A DNA stretch of 64,000 nucleotides from Isurus oxyrinchus (lineage: Eukaryota): NCBI GenBank assembly GCA_026770705.1, contig JANJGN010000035.1, forward strand, positions 14,012,001-14,076,000, read 5' to 3'. Positions 49,232 through 63,221 of this stretch are shown here, one piece after another. Below the pieces are notes generated by a model that was given only the letters and a program-made list of their open reading frames with translations, searched no databases and was not told the origin of the DNA. Made by a program: the position numbers and the translations under genes. Position 1 is the first letter of the stretch. Every line of letters starts with the position of its first letter.

Positions 49232-52027
49232 CTGCCCATGATATGATGTAACACAATTCGTGCTGCATTCTCCTGCTATATCAACAAAAACCTATATTGA
49301 GATATACCATGCTGAAATAATCCGCCCATAACAAACAATTTAAGAACAAGAGAAACCTCAAACTAAACACCATTGCTGTTTCTGCACTCAACAAAATAGG
49401 AGCCACACTATTATCATTTTAGTCTATTTAAACGCACAGGACATGGAACATCCCTGGTTCCTTTGTTCCTGCTGACTCTTGGATGTCGATATAATTCTGG
49501 AGGATGCAACAACTCATGCCCGGCAGAATGAGAGTCGCAGGTGGAGCAGGTAATGACCGTATCGGCTGCTAAATTGCTCAGTGAATCCACAGTTCATTTC
49601 CTACCTGACTCACATATTACTGAATTTTCCACATATCCCTTGATTCTGTCAGGATCATGAGAAATTGTTGGCCTTGATCTCGAATATACTGAGCTGGCAG
49701 GTACCAGCCTCCGGTTTTCAAAATTCAAAAGATTCACAGGCACATGTGCGCTCAGATAGCCACCTTCAATCAAGATTCCCATTGACGTTGTCATCGAGCA
49801 CAATTCCTCCCCTCTTCCAACCCTCCCCAACCCTATAACCCCCTCCCCTGCACCTCTAAAATTTCACCTTCCCCATTTCCCCATACCTTTCTTCGACGTC
49901 CACCCACTCCCCCCACCTCTTCTCGCCTCCTGCTACCCCTCCACCCCTCACCACTTCCTTTCACACTGTCCCCTCCCTCCCTCAGCCCACTTCCACTCCT
50001 CCTCACTACCTGCATGTGCCTTGCATCCCCTCTCTCCCTCCACCCCCCCTCCCACAATCGTTGCAGCGAAATTCATGGATACAATGAATGATTTTAGATT
50101 CAGAAGCTCTAGCCCACGCCAACGCCCGTGGCTCAGTTACTTACTGAACAAGGTCCGTCAGCTGGAGATGCTATGTGCTGCCTCTCAACTTATCAACAAA
50201 TGATCGGTTGCAAGGTCACAGAAACGGGGAAAGTATCTGCAGTTGATGTGTGAATATCCACCCGATTGAAACCTTCGAGACTGTGTGGTCAGAACAGGGA
50301 AAGAGAAACTGAAAGTGGTCCAGGAAATTTTCTCTGTGCTGAATGTACCTGGTGGGCTGCAGCGGTTCAAGAAAGCAGCTCACCACCACCACCTCAACGG
50401 CAATTGGGAATGAGCAATAAATGCTGACCAAGGCAGCGAAGCCCTCATCCCCTGAATGAATAATAAATGCTTAAGTGTTCTCCATATACATGTCTAATGA
50501 GTCATACTGAACTACCAGCTGGTGGCGGGAACGGAAACTGCACCCCCTCAGGATTAAGAACTGAATAATCAATTTGAATGCCGACCCGTCAGGAAAGGCG
50601 CTGGGATGGGGGTGGGAGGGTATGATAAGGAATGAAGGTCTTCTATTTTCAAATCGATTGACTGCCCTACAATATGTCACTGCCACAACTTAGAAAGTGT
50701 GATCCAATTCGGCTTCTTGATTTCAAGGAGGGTGACATCAGAATTTCCCGCCTCCAAGAAAAAATCATGAAGTTATCATCACCAGAATTGGACCCGTCGT
50801 TGCTTTGTAACTTCACACTGACATTTCGGCTACTGCATTTCGCTCCTGAAATAACATCAGACTTGAAAGCATTGAGGGCCCAATGCCTTACTTCAGAGAG
50901 GCAGTGAGCTCATGTTTTTGTTTCTCAGCTGGTATTTTTGTGACACGGGTCCGAATCCCACCATCATAGATGGTGGAATTTCAAATTCAATAAAAATCTG
51001 GAATTTAAAATCTAATGATGATCATGAAACCTTTGCCAAAAACACTTATCTGATTCACTGATTCCCTTTAGGGAAGAAAGTCTGCTGTCCGCATTTGTTA
51101 CCGCCTACATTTGACTCCAGGCCCACAATGACCCCTGAAAAAATGGGCTGTAAATACTGACATAACCAGTGACAGCTAACATCCAAGGAACACATGTTAA
51201 AAACGTTTGTTTCATCAAACGCTGCCACTCTGGCTTTATTGATTAATTGTTGCAGCCAGAATACTTATGAAAGAGAACAATCGGTAGTGAATGGGGCTGT
51301 TTGTGTCGAAAATGTTCTGTAGCGGGCGGATTTATAAGGCTCAGTATGGACAGCACTACTCAATTGAAAGTATTCTGTGAACAGCTTTGAACTGTCTGCC
51401 TGCAAGGAACATATTGAAATGTCTGTAATGTCAATAATTGTGTTAAAGCAACTCGTGATCGATGTGGAAAACTGCAATTTGGTCTCACTTTTTCTAATGG
51501 CAAATTTGAACTGGTTTGCAATTTTCTTTAAGATATCTAATGAACTAAATGTAACTAACAAAGCAGTTTATAAAACAAAAATTATATAAAGACTATATCT
51601 ATTTTAAGACATTGAAGTTCGCTGTGTGAGAGTGCATATTCGAAACCTGTAGACTTCAGATGACAGAGCATCAAAATTGAATCAGATGGTCCAGAATGAA
51701 TGTCCCTGTTTGGGCGCTCTGTGTTTAAAACTGTCCTCAGATGAGGAAGGCATTTGTAATGAGCCTTCTGGCAGAACTCAATTGATCTTGATTGCCTTTC
51801 AGTTTCGAGATTACCTTGCAGCAAATTTATTTGCTTCAGTAATGTTCTTGCACATTTCCAGCAAGGCAGTTTATTGTTGAAAAAAGAACGGTTTCCTGAC
51901 TTGGCTCTTGATTTGCAGATAAATTCCCATTGTTCGAGCGAGGGGAAATTGTTTCTCTGTTGTGATGATGAGTGTTATTTTGTTTAAATGTTTTTTTGCA
52001 AATATGGTGGCATTATGTATAAAAGGC

Positions 52028-52071
52028 TGTGTGTGTGTTTGTGTGTGTGTGTGTCTGTGTGTGTGGGTGTG
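52028..52071. repeat. Imperfect (TG)n microsatellite
   Basis: Directly visible; shorter version at ~16660 in copy A. Confidence 0.9.
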
Positions 52072-52633
52072 ACTTCATGATCAATTAAACTGGAGTAGCT
52101 TTATACAGACATCTTGCCCGCTAGGACTGAGGGATAAAAGTATCAAGGAGTTAACTTCATGCATAAGTAATGAGAGACTCTGGTGAACTTGGATTTAAAA
52201 TTAAAAGGTTGAATTTAAGATATACTACATTTGATAAGTAGAGTCTTGCTTATTCAGCTACTGATTTTCAAAGGGAAGTTGAGAAGTGACAGGGAACTTT
52301 TAGGACTTGCAAAGTTTTCACATGAAAAATAATGGAAGTTGTACTCAATCATTTTGACCCCACTAAGAGGCATGAGGTGGTTGTAGATTTTAATATTGGG
52401 AGAATACGGCTTTCCTGTTTTCAAGACAGGCACTTCAAACAACTAAGTCACGGCATCAACAATAACGAGATACTTAAAAATACAATCTTGTCATTTGCAC
52501 CATTGGACTTTACTACAGGGATCAATTGGAGTTGTTGAAACACGGTGAGGACTTTCTAACACTGCGAGTGTTATGACCCAGCAATAAATGCAGCTGAATT
52601 ATTAAAAATCCCAGTGGGAAAAAGATAATAAGA

Positions 52634-53317
52634 TGTCATAACTTATATTTTTATGTGTTATGCTTGAGAGCCAACTCTGAATACAGTAATCTTTCTCGAT
52701 AGGTTATGCTATTACACCTAATGAAACATCATAATAAGTTACAACATATTTAAGCACCTACACATGGCAACAAATTAACACAATAACTTTTAAAACAAAT
52801 CTTAGGGTAATCTCCATTATGGCAACAGCTACCCATAGACTTCGATGAAAAACTAGGCAAAGCATTTTCACCTGACAAATCTAAAATGAGGTTTATACAC
52901 TTTGATCCCTCTGCAGACACAAGCTTAGGCTAACAGGCTTTGCTCTTACATTGCCTCTGCCCTTCACACACAAAACTGTTGCCTGTTGTAGCAAGCACAT
53001 CTCATTGAAAGTAAATTCCCATAGCATCACCTGCCCCTTGAACTCCACCTGATGTAACAATAAAATCCGTTGCAGAGTTCCAGTTCTGTTAGTATTATAA
53101 ATATAAAGCCTGGCCTCTGCTAACTAGGTGCATATTTCACTCCCATTCTGGAATGCTCTTTTGAACAAAACACAAATGTCTCATACTCTTTTATAGCTGA
53201 TAACAGGTATGGATCAACACATTCATGCTAGCTGGCTTTAAGCCAATTGAGATATACCCACAGCCTGTCACTGTACTGAAAGAAAATCCAATAATATACA
53301 TAAAGAGCTTCATGACA
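52634..53317 (-). mobile_element. Solo LTR (copy B)
   Basis: TGTCATAACTTATA...GCTTCATGACA; counterpart of 17227-17931. Confidence 0.6.
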
Positions 53318-54243
53318 TAACTGATGGAAATCAGCTTTCGAGACCACACATGAAGACCATTGAATTCAGCGAATCCAGGAAAGAACATGCACATTGCTGC
53401 GAAATGGATACCTTTCGAAATCACTCACGTGTATCATTTTTAAAAGCATAATTAAGTATTGAGGAAAACACGGCCTGCTGCACCAGTTCACACCCCTCAA
53501 CGCCCAGTCACTAGGTGACATATTGTACACAACATGTGCGTGCCACCTAGACACTCGGCAATTATTGGCCTGATAGGCGACACATAAAATCACCTTCGCT
53601 GGCCAAAAATGACACCCGATGCGCTGGGCAGTCTGATAATTTCTCTTTTATAATGTACTTTATATTGGGGAAAGAAGAATGAGAGAAGATTGAAAAACAT
53701 AAAATTTCCAAGCGTTTGAAAGGATGCACTTAAGAAAAAAACAACTCGTTTGGAAATACAAAACACAATCCCTAAATACAAATTGGAGTTGCACATTTGG
53801 CTGCAGGAAATTATGTCAGTTTCATCGGATCCGCATTTTCGCTTTAAAAATGGATGTCCTGAATCTTTCCTACCAGAACGAACAGACAAGATCGTTTTCT
53901 GAACCCTAAATTCATCACCATCAATTTGCAACCTCCCACTGTCATTCCTGCAACTCAATGTGGCTGCTTAATTTATATTATCTTCACATATTCAGGAACC
54001 AGTGCAGGAACGAGTGGGGTGGGAAGATTCGCCACGTTATACGACACTGCAAAAGAAAGAGTAGTTGGGAGGCGGTGAAAAGATTGATGAAGAAGAGCCA
54101 AAGTGAGGGAGTCGGCTAGCGGATGTTGGAGATTTCCTGTATAGGGTAGATTTGTTTGAAATGGAATGATAAATAAAAGAAAGAGAAAGTGCAATTCCTG
54201 CTGTGAGACATTTAAGAGCGCTTTGTGAAATCGAGCTCCCATT

Positions 54244-54316
54244 GCCCGGAGAGCACTGTCGGTATACCATGAAGCTTTTAATCTGAGGACCCCGGGTTCA
54301 ACTCCCTGCTTAGTTT
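54244..54316 (+). pseudogene. tRNA-Lys(UUU) pseudogene, module B, copy B (B-box kept, A-box and stems damaged)
   Basis: GCCCGGAGAGCACTGTCGGTATACCATGAAGCTTTTAATCTGAGGACCCCGGGTTCAACTCCCTG matches 53/65 of tRNA-Lys-TTT; anticodon loop CTTTTAA intact; U8, A14, D-stem and acceptor stem disrupted. Confidence 0.9.
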
Positions 54317-54331
54317 ATCACTGTTTCACAG

Positions 54332-54336
54332 TTTTT
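54332..54336 (+). terminator. Putative Pol III T5 terminator of the tRNA pseudogene
   Basis: TTTTT about 16 nt downstream of the tRNA 3' end. Confidence 0.45.
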
Positions 54337-55254
54337 CTTGTGAGCCTCAAGACTGTCTTAAAGGACGTTAAAGCTGACAGCAGTTCATTGTTATTGTCAC
54401 TCTATGCTTTGCACGATTTATGATAAATCTGTGAGTTTTCTTCACTGAAGAAGATTCACAGGTTCCTCGCTCCACAGATAAGTGCAGGAACGGCTGAGTT
54501 TTACCTGCATTTACTGATTTCGTTGTCTATGAGTTTTATTGTGGCTTGACTGGGTATGTAATTGAGAATCAGATTAATTTGAGGTTTAGTGTAGCTATTA
54601 CAGAAGTAATTCTGCATTTTCGACTCTTCTTGTGGTCAAAGATATTTAATTTAATTAGAGCAAATCCGTTTGAGACTTGGTGGTCTTATTCCCAGTGAAA
54701 TGAAAACCTGCATCTCAAAATTGCGATAATGCATTGTGACAGTGTTTTAATGTTTCCCTCTGGGATTTGAACAACTCAGCATATACCATGGGCTATGTCA
54801 TAATAATTGGTCAGGTTTTGGCCACCTATGAGACGATGAAAAGCAATTATTTCTCAGCGCATTTTCTTCCTGACCAGAACAGATCCAGAAATTGCTTCAG
54901 AGTCACGATCTTTAAAACTTGTCTCGGTTTTAATTGCTTCAGTGGGTTTCTCTCACTTTGAAAATGTTGTCAGACATTAGTGTTGTTTGCTGCTTTTAGA
55001 CTTGGCTCATAAGTGGCCGACATATCTCAATTGTGCATGCTCGGGGAAAGGAAGTTTGCTCGGTATTTAACCTTTACTACACTAAAAATACTCGATTGTT
55101 CCAATTACCATTCACGTGAGATCAATAGGAAGAAGCATTATGCTAATTGAGCTCGCTGTTAACCCATTGAAAAGCGGAGTTGTGCTGCTGAATCTGCAGT
55201 TATTTCACCCTGGCCAATACACTCATGTGCTGGTCTGATGTGTGTCTGTTAGAA

Positions 55255-55805
55255 TATCAGAAACAGTGGCAGAGTTAGCATCCATTGGCCTTCAAGGCTG
55301 TTTCAACGTTCAATATGGTCATGTCTCATCTTGTCCTTAAATGTCACCTTCCTGAGCTGTTCTGATGTTCCTTTGTTCTGAAAGGAAAGCGTTTAAAATC
55401 TAAATATTTACTGAACAGAATCAGCACAGTCCTCCTTTGTCTAGAATTCAAAATCAATAAAAAGCCCTTGCGTGAAGTGATTTTGATAGGTAAGTTGATG
55501 AAAGGCCAGTCACTGGGGACTGTTGCACTGGCGGACAGTTGGACAGAACAAGGCGTCCACCATTATCACCGAGACCAGGGAAATGTGTTTCTTCAAAGTG
55601 TTGTTAAGTTTCTGAATTCTAATGAGGGGAGAACAGCGCTTTTTCGCTTTTTATAATCGAGACTGATTTCGATATTTCTGAGCAAAGGCACATGAGGGAA
55701 TTTGAGGAAGGTGACATTGAGAAAGGAGTAAAATCATGACTCTTTTAAATGTTGGAGCAGTCCCGAAGGGCAGTCAATGCTCCTCCTGATCCTGTTTCTG
55801 AAGTT
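55255..55805. mobile_element. Two very degenerate CR1 3' fragments in opposite orientation (- ~55255-55480, + ~55555-55805)
   Basis: 'cattggccttcaaggctgtttcaacgttcaatatggtcatg' (reverse of 3' UTR); 'aatcatgactcttttaaatgttggagcag..cgaagggcagtcaatgctcctcctgatcctgtttc'. Confidence 0.55.
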
Positions 55806-56719
55806 CTAACATACACGGATCGAAGCAACAACAAGGACTTAATTGGCATTGGAATGCAAGGAGTGCAGATAGCCATTTTTAATCGGTTCATCGGGAATAT
55901 AATTTGCAAAGTGTGGGCTCCGATTGTCTGTAATTTCTTAAATTTAACAGCAGACTGATGGAGATGTGTTTGGTGTTAAAGTTGTGAAATCGGAAGTAAC
56001 TTATTCAGCCTGTGTTGTAGTGCAGATATGTCCAGCCCACTCAAGGCTTCAGTCACAAAAATATCTAGCTCTTTATTTACAAGAAACTGGATGAAATAAT
56101 TCAATGTCAGCACTACATTGACTCCCTTCTGCCGACACTTTAAAGGATGCCCCACTTGTGTATTTTGAGGCTGTAGGGAAATCCAGCATCAGTTGCTTAA
56201 AGTTCCTTGTTTCAAATGAGATAGACTATCGCCCAGATACTCAGAATAAAAAGCCACTGATTTACCGACTGTGCCAGTGTTTCGACCGCAACCACTGAAT
56301 TTTCTGAATGCTGGTCTCTTGGAACTGCGGATGCTGGTTGATTATGTGCAGGTCAGTGAGGGTATTTGCCGTGGTAAGATTTGAAGGGATTTGAAGACTG
56401 ATCAAGATGGTGCAATTGAGACAGTGGATGACTTCTGAAGCTATTGAATGTAGCATCAGTATTAAGGGCCAGAGAGGCTATTCCTGCTCACATTTCTGAC
56501 ATTCGTAGAGGCACTGAGCAGAGCAACGAGCGGGATGATGCTGAGGTAGGGTGGAAGGCATACAGATTGAGCAGCAGTTTTCCCCTTTGTAATCAATTAA
56601 TTCGCTGGACAGTTTACAAACAGTGGCCTCTGTTTTCTCTAGTATGTTACAATGAAAAGTTGACAGTCAAAGAGATCCATAGTGGTAAACAGGTTCAAAT
56701 TGGAAAAGCTATTTCAGTT

Positions 56720-57155
56720 TGCTAAAACATGGGGTTGATCATTTCAGAGCAGAGCATAGGAGAATTTATTTCTCTGTGAGGGTTCTGCAACTTTGTAACG
56801 CTCTGCCACAGAAGCCGTGGTTCAGTGAATATTATTAAGTTGCAGAGGAAGTTAGATTTTCTCTAAAATCAAACTCTGGGGATGCTGGAAATATGGAACA
56901 AACGCATGACATGCTGGTTAATCTCAGCAAGTTTAATCGTATCTGTGGAGAGAAAAATATTGTTACAGTTTCGAGTCCGTATCACTCTACTTTGGAGTAG
57001 TTGGAATACTGTTCTGAAGGGAATAAGAGGTTACGGGGCAGTTGAAAGGGTAGATGGGATTATGGAACACCAAACACAAACAGATCAGAACCATGATCTC
57101 ATTGAATGGAGGAAAATTAACGAACCGGCCTACATTTGCTCCTATTTCATATATC
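56720..57155 (+). mobile_element. CR1 3' end interrupted by a minus-strand Penelope-like end (~56878-56992)
   Basis: CR1 'ctctgccacagaagccgtgg...agattt' | 'gatgctggaaat...atctgtggagag...gtttcgagtccgtatcactct' | 'aagggaataagaggttacgggg...ccatgatctcattgaatgg'. Confidence 0.7.
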
Positions 57156-58249
57156 CTGAAGAATGGGCCAATATGTGCCAATAGATAGCCAAGTCTCAAT
57201 GTACTATTATCTGTCAGAAAGGCTCGCTGGAAATAATGAACACGAATCCAAAAAAGAATGAAAGCTATGTAGACTTGGCAAATATGAGTGATTCTTAATA
57301 CATTCCAAAACAGATTCCGTCTATTGCATTCAGAAAGCAAAATACTCGGCACCCACAACTTACGCTGCTGTGGCCCACGTGAGTAGAACACATGGAGCTA
57401 AACAAACAACCCCAAAAGTAGATTTGAAGCCAAAACAGCCAAATTTGTTTTCAATTTATTAGCGACGGATCAATATTTTAGTCCAGACACTGAGTTTCAT
57501 TGACTGTCAAAAGTTATCCCATCCTCACCATATATGGCATTTCATTTCAGGAAATTCGCCTCCACAGACCAATTTCATCACACGCAGACCGACTCTCTTC
57601 CCTTCAGAAATTTTCTTCCTGTCCAAATTCCTCTCTATTCCACACTGCTGTGTGATGTGACAAATGCTCTTTCCCATGTCTCCGCTATTGGACTCGTAAT
57701 CTGTTAAAGATCAACTTAATTGAAAGAACAAGAAGTTGCAGAAAGGCGTGGCCAAACTTTAGAAATTGACGAGTTATATTTTCAGGGTTGATAAAACCAT
57801 GTAAAGCGTTGTTTGCTTTGGAAAACAGCGATACCATTCAGCTTGAAAGCCACTCGGTGACACTGGAGCAAAACATGACATTTGGAGGCAGTTATGAGGT
57901 TTTATCAGAGCGAGATCTCCCTTCAGGCAGTGCACATTTTACGAAATTCCCCCATGTTTCCTGAACGAGTTTCGATCACACGGCCCTTGCTTGTGGGATT
58001 TTGGTCTCAGGTCACCCCACCACGTACTAATTCAATATAGCCCTTTACACCTGGTCATCAAGAAATGAACGAGCGCCAATCGTTATAAACATGAGGGGAC
58101 ACAGCCTTATTCTTGTGTTCTAAACCCACAAATCTGCAACATTGTAAATTTACAAGATGAGCCATGAAGCTACTTAAACTTGGAGTAGGAAGGAAAACTC
58201 ACAGATTCTACACATTGTATTCTTTACATGTATGGCTATGGTGCACTGG

Positions 58250-58560
58250 CTGGGTCAGCATTTCTTATGCAACCATAATGGCCTGTTGTGAAGGTGGTGG
58301 CAAGCGGCCTTCTTGTACTGCTGCCGTCCATGTGGTATAGTTAAAACCACAAACCAGTAGGGGAAAGAGTTGCAGGTCCTGGACCCAGAGACAGAGAAGG
58401 AACGTTCGCTACATTTCCAATTCAGAATGGTGAGTGATTGTAGAGGATCTTCTCGGTCGTGCTTTTCCCTTCTATTTGGGGCTCTTATCCTTCTGGGTGG
58501 TAGGGGTCGTGTTTCTGGAAAGTGCTGTCGAATCAGACGCCTGCCAGTGCCCCAATGTCG
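58250..58560 (-). mobile_element. LINE 3' tail (family of 34640-35482)
   Basis: 'ctgggtcagcattt...gaaggtggtggcaagcggccttcttgtactgctgccgtccatgtggt...gagttgcaggtcctggacccag'. Confidence 0.8.
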
Positions 58561-58829
58561 CTTATTCTGAGTGCCTGAATGCCAATTCACATAAACACCT
58601 CTCACTCATTCTCTCTCTCCCTCTACCACTGGCACCTGAGGTGACTATTTATTGCATTGTCCATTTCAATTTAAAATTTCCTAAATTTTAGCAGAGTGAC
58701 AAGTGATCTCATTGAAGCACATCACATTTTAAGGGGCTGACAGGGCATATTATTGAAGTATTCCCCCTCTGCCTGGGGATTCTAACTGTATCATCAGGGT
58801 GATAGGAAAGGAAGGAAAGGAGGACAGGT

Positions 58830-60875
58830 GGCAGTGTTGACTAAGGAGATCATTGCCGTGGTGGAAATGAAGGATGTTCCTGAGTTTTCAAGGGCTGAAT
58901 CTATTTAGCCAAATGTAAGAGATATAAGTGCACAATCACATTTTTCGGTGTAGCCTAATACTGGGAAGGATTTAGAAAACAATTTTGCAGTGAAATTATG
59001 GGGTTGATGAAACATTACATAGTTGTTATAATAGGCGGTGTAATTACCCAAACATATATTGAGATATAGTGGCATAAATGACAGAGAGAGGAAACAATTC
59101 CTAATATGTAGATGTAGTCGGTGTTGTTATCTATTGTGAAATGTTGCAAGTCCAAAGACAAATGATGCAATTCTCAGACTGTTTCTGGAAAATCAGGTGC
59201 TCCAACCTGATCAGCATCAGCAAGTAATCATTCAGGGGCAACGATTGTGGCCCCCCGTAAGGCTTAGATTGAGTATGGAAGGAGATAAAGGGCAATCGAA
59301 ATTAACAGTAAATCATTAGGGGAAATGCAACTGAATTGGAGTAAGAACAGATGTAGCCCAGATAAAGATGCCAAGTGGCAACTCAAGAGTGGTCTGCATT
59401 GAAAGATGAGATAATCATTTTACAATAAAAGCCCACTTCCACCAAAGTCAAAGGCATAAAAAATAAGCTAATAGTCCAAGAGAATGTGAAAGAGGTAGAT
59501 ATTGAAAAAAAAGTAGAAACAAAAAGTGTGCTTATGTCAGCAGTCAGGTTTATACATGACCAGGAATCAAGCTGAATTCAGAAGTTTCAAAGTGGAACTG
59601 AAAACACAAATACAAGAAGCAACAGCAAGCATGAGAAGAGACTATCAGCTAACATGAAAGGGAATCCAAAATCCCACTGTAGACATGTAGAGAGGAAAAG
59701 ATTGGTTAATGTAATAGTGTGGTCGATTTGGTGATATATACATGGAAAAAGCGCCACGGATAAAAGATATTCAAGAAATATTTAGCATTACTCTTTACCA
59801 AGGGAGAAGATGGTTCCAGGTATTGTGAATGATGGAGCATTTAATACAGTTGAAGCGAAAGTGTTTTACATTTTAAAAGAGGAGGCATTGAATAGCATGC
59901 CTCTACTTAACGCTCAAAATGAATAAAAAACAGCAGGATGAGTTGTTTTGATGAATAATGAAAGGAGTGAGAGAAGACATCGCGGACAGAGATCCTAAAT
60001 TTGAAAACTACCAGTAGTGCTGCCAGAGGATTGGGGAATATCAAATGCTCCTCATGTTCTTCAAAAACGGGCGCGTCGATCAACCGAGTATTATAGGCCA
60101 ATCAGTTTAAGCTCAGCTGCATAGAAGTTTTTATAAATGATAATTTGAAACAACGTGAAGGGTCACTTGAGCCAATGTGGGATATTTGAGGAAAACAACA
60201 GAGACTTATTAAGGACAAAACTTAATTGTTTAGAGACATTTTCTGACTGTTTTTGTAAAGTGACAGAGCTTTAACAAGTTGAGTAAAGTTAATGTAGTGC
60301 ACATGAACCAGAGGATTGCATTTTATAAAGTCGTGCACAATAGAATTGTGAGCAAAGATAGAGATCATGCAAAGAAAGGTCAACGTGTAACTAATATATG
60401 AAGATATGAAGTTGGCTGAGTGGAATGAAACAAAGAGTAGCAGTGAACCTTTATTGTTTTCTTGAGGAATGTTTACTTTGGAATTTCCTGGGCATGGATT
60501 CAGAAACACTTGGTCTTCCACAATATATGTTACAGACATAGACTTTTTTTATTCTGCGCCTAATTTCAAAATTTGCAGATGTTCCGTCAGTTGGAAAAAT
60601 GGTAAAACACGAGCAGAATAGAAAAGCACTTCAAGTTGACAGGTTGTCAAAAGGACCGGACAAGTGGGAGGTGAAAATTGGTTGAGGGAAAAGTGAAGTG
60701 TTTCATTTTGATCGAACGAACGTAGTGAAGCAATATAAAACAAATGATGCTTACCTGACTGGTTTGCAGGAATAGACGGACCTGGCTGTATATGTCCCTC
60801 GATCTAGATATGGAGGTGTAACTGAGACAGTGGGTAATAAAGCAAAAAGCATCCTGCGCTTTCATAGTAGGGCCA
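58830..60875 (+). mobile_element. Degenerate CR1 LINE (endonuclease to RT), 3'-truncated at the satellite
   Basis: 'ggtggcagtgttgactaaggag' (GVA.L.K), 'gagtattataggccaatcagtttaa' (NYRPISL), 'tcaaaatttgcagatg' (SKFAD), 'aaagcaaaaagcatcctgcgctttcat'. Confidence 0.85.
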
Positions 60876-60889
60876 TGGTGTTATCTTCA

Positions 60890-62280
60890 CTGTGACCTTT
60901 CCAGCCTCCACGTTCTCCTTTTATTTGTATACTTTTCCATCCACTATGACACTCCCTACCTCTGTAACATCCCCTGTCCCTAGAATCGTCCCTATCTCAG
61001 TACACTTCTCCAGCATCTTCCAACTCTCCGTTTCATTTGAACATCTTTCAGTTCCTAATAAACTCCCTACCTCGGTTACACGCAACACACTCCATATAAC
61101 ACCCTATGAGTAAATCCATAAAACTTTCCATCTATCTGCACCTATCATAAGCCCATATAAACAGGAGCCATCTCTGAAAGCTGACCAACTCAACACACTG
61201 CCTATCTCTTTAACATCCTTCAGCCCATTAAACCCTTTGTGCAACTCAACAAACAACTTAAACACCTTCGTTTCCCTGTTACCATCTCCTGCCCTTCAAC
61301 ACTTGCTATTTATTTAACCTCCTCGAGCCATAAAACAATTCATAACCCTGGAATCTCCTCCAGCCTCATCAACCCTCCCTATTTCTGTAACCGTCTCCAG
61401 CCCCTACTAACGTCGCTATCAATGTAACCTTCTCCAGCCCCTACAACGCTCCCCTCTCTCGGAACTTCCACCAGCACTAAAAATGTCCCGCTAACTGAAA
61501 ATTTCTGATGCCCCTACAACTCTCATTTATCCAGGAACCTCCTCTCACTTCTACGACTCTTCCCATGAATGTAACATCTCCAGCCTCATTACAATTTCTG
61601 TCTCTGTCATCTCCTCCAGCTCCTGCAATCCTTCTAACCCCGTAACCTACTTCAGGTCACGAAACACCGTTATCGCTTTAGCCTCCTGCAGACACCACAG
61701 TCGTCCCTATCTCTGTATTATCCTCCAATCCCACAATAATCCCTATTTCTGTATCCTTCTCTAGCTCCTACAACACGCTCCTTTTTAGTAACCACCTCCG
61801 ACTTCTATAACCACCCCAATCCCTGTCAACACCTTCAAATTCTACATCCCAATAAGTGTGTAAGTTCAAACAAACACTACTGTTCTCCCTATCTCTGTAA
61901 TCTCCTCCAGCCCCTGCAAAACTCTTAATCTCTGGAAACTGCTCTAGCTCTTGCAAATTCCCCTATCTGCTCTGCCTTCTCCAGCGCCAACAAACCTCTC
62001 TAACTCGGAAACCTTCTGTAGTGACTACAAACTTCCCCTCTCTGCAGCCTTCTCCAACCCATACATCCGCCTTTATATCTGGAGCCTCCTCCAGCTCGTA
62101 CAACGAATACAATCTCTGTAACCACCTCCAACCCCTACAGCCCTCCCTATTTCTGTAAGCTTCTCCGGACCCTACAAACCTACCTATCTCTGCAACATCC
62201 TCCAGCCTCTACAACCCTTACTAATACTGCACCTCCTCTTGCCCCTACTACACTCCAAACTCTGTAACCTACTTGAACAC
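60890..62280 (+). repeat. Degenerate 37-bp satellite (copy B, ~37 units)
   Basis: e.g. 62141 'ccctccctatttctgtaagcttctccggaccctacaa' then 'acctacctatctctgcaacatcctccagcctctacaa'. Confidence 0.9.
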
Positions 62281-62549
62281 TGTCAATCATTCCACTATTC
62301 TTTTACTGGCCACTTACGCAGCGCAACTTGTCTCTAACATTTTCTATATTACGACAAAAAGTAGATTATTAAAGAAATCATTCAGTATTGCAATTTTATT
62401 TCGGCATGTTATAAGTTGTGAAATGCAAGTTTTGTTCTACACGTGTTGTGCAATTACTCCCTGGAGACATAAATTCATACAAAAAACAAAATCACTGGAA
62501 GGAGTATTTTTTTTTATTAATTAGAGTGCACTGTGTCCAGTTGTAAAGA

Positions 62550-62835
62550 ATGGCACAGTGGTTTAGTGGTTGTGTTACTGGGCAAATATTTCAGGGTAGA
62601 GCAGTGTTGAGTTTATTTACTTGACTAACAATCCAGTATACAGTAACGTAGATGTTATGATACAGAACTAATAATCCAGGGAACAGGAGGGAATGTGTCA
62701 CTTGGCTTATTATCCAGGGTGCAGTAGTTTCGATAATGTTACTGGACTAATATACCAGGTTACAGTAGTGTCAGTGTTATGCTAGTGGACTGGTAATACA
62801 TGGAACAACAGTGTAGGGGCTATGTTACTGCAATA
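62550..62835 (+). repeat. 43-bp SINE-head satellite (copy B, ~6-7 units)
   Basis: Begins 'ggcacagtggtttagtggttgtgttactggg', then units 'agtgtagggg.tatgttactggactaataatccaggg'. Confidence 0.85.
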
Positions 62836-63221
62836 ATTGTTTTTAACTCTGATTAAATAATTAGTAGTTAAATGTAACATGATAAAGTGTGTTTCTTGTG
62901 CTTGCCAAGCAGAACACTGTTATCCATGCAAATAGATTCATTCTGTTATTTAAATTCCAAATGCTATGACGCACAGGCATGCAGATTCAGTAACACCTGA
63001 CATGACAAAAGACAATCATCTCGCAACCTGATTAGACATAACGTACTTATTAGTTAAGCTATGCCAAATGCTCAGTCGAAGCAGAAAAAAATAATTTTGA
63101 ACAGAAGTACAACATATGAGGTTTTGTCCCTGCATTCAGTCTCTGGGCAGCGCTGGAGCACAATTTGCGTCAAGCACAATTTGTTTTTTCAGTGTAGAAA
63201 CATCAACAGAGAAAACCCTCA

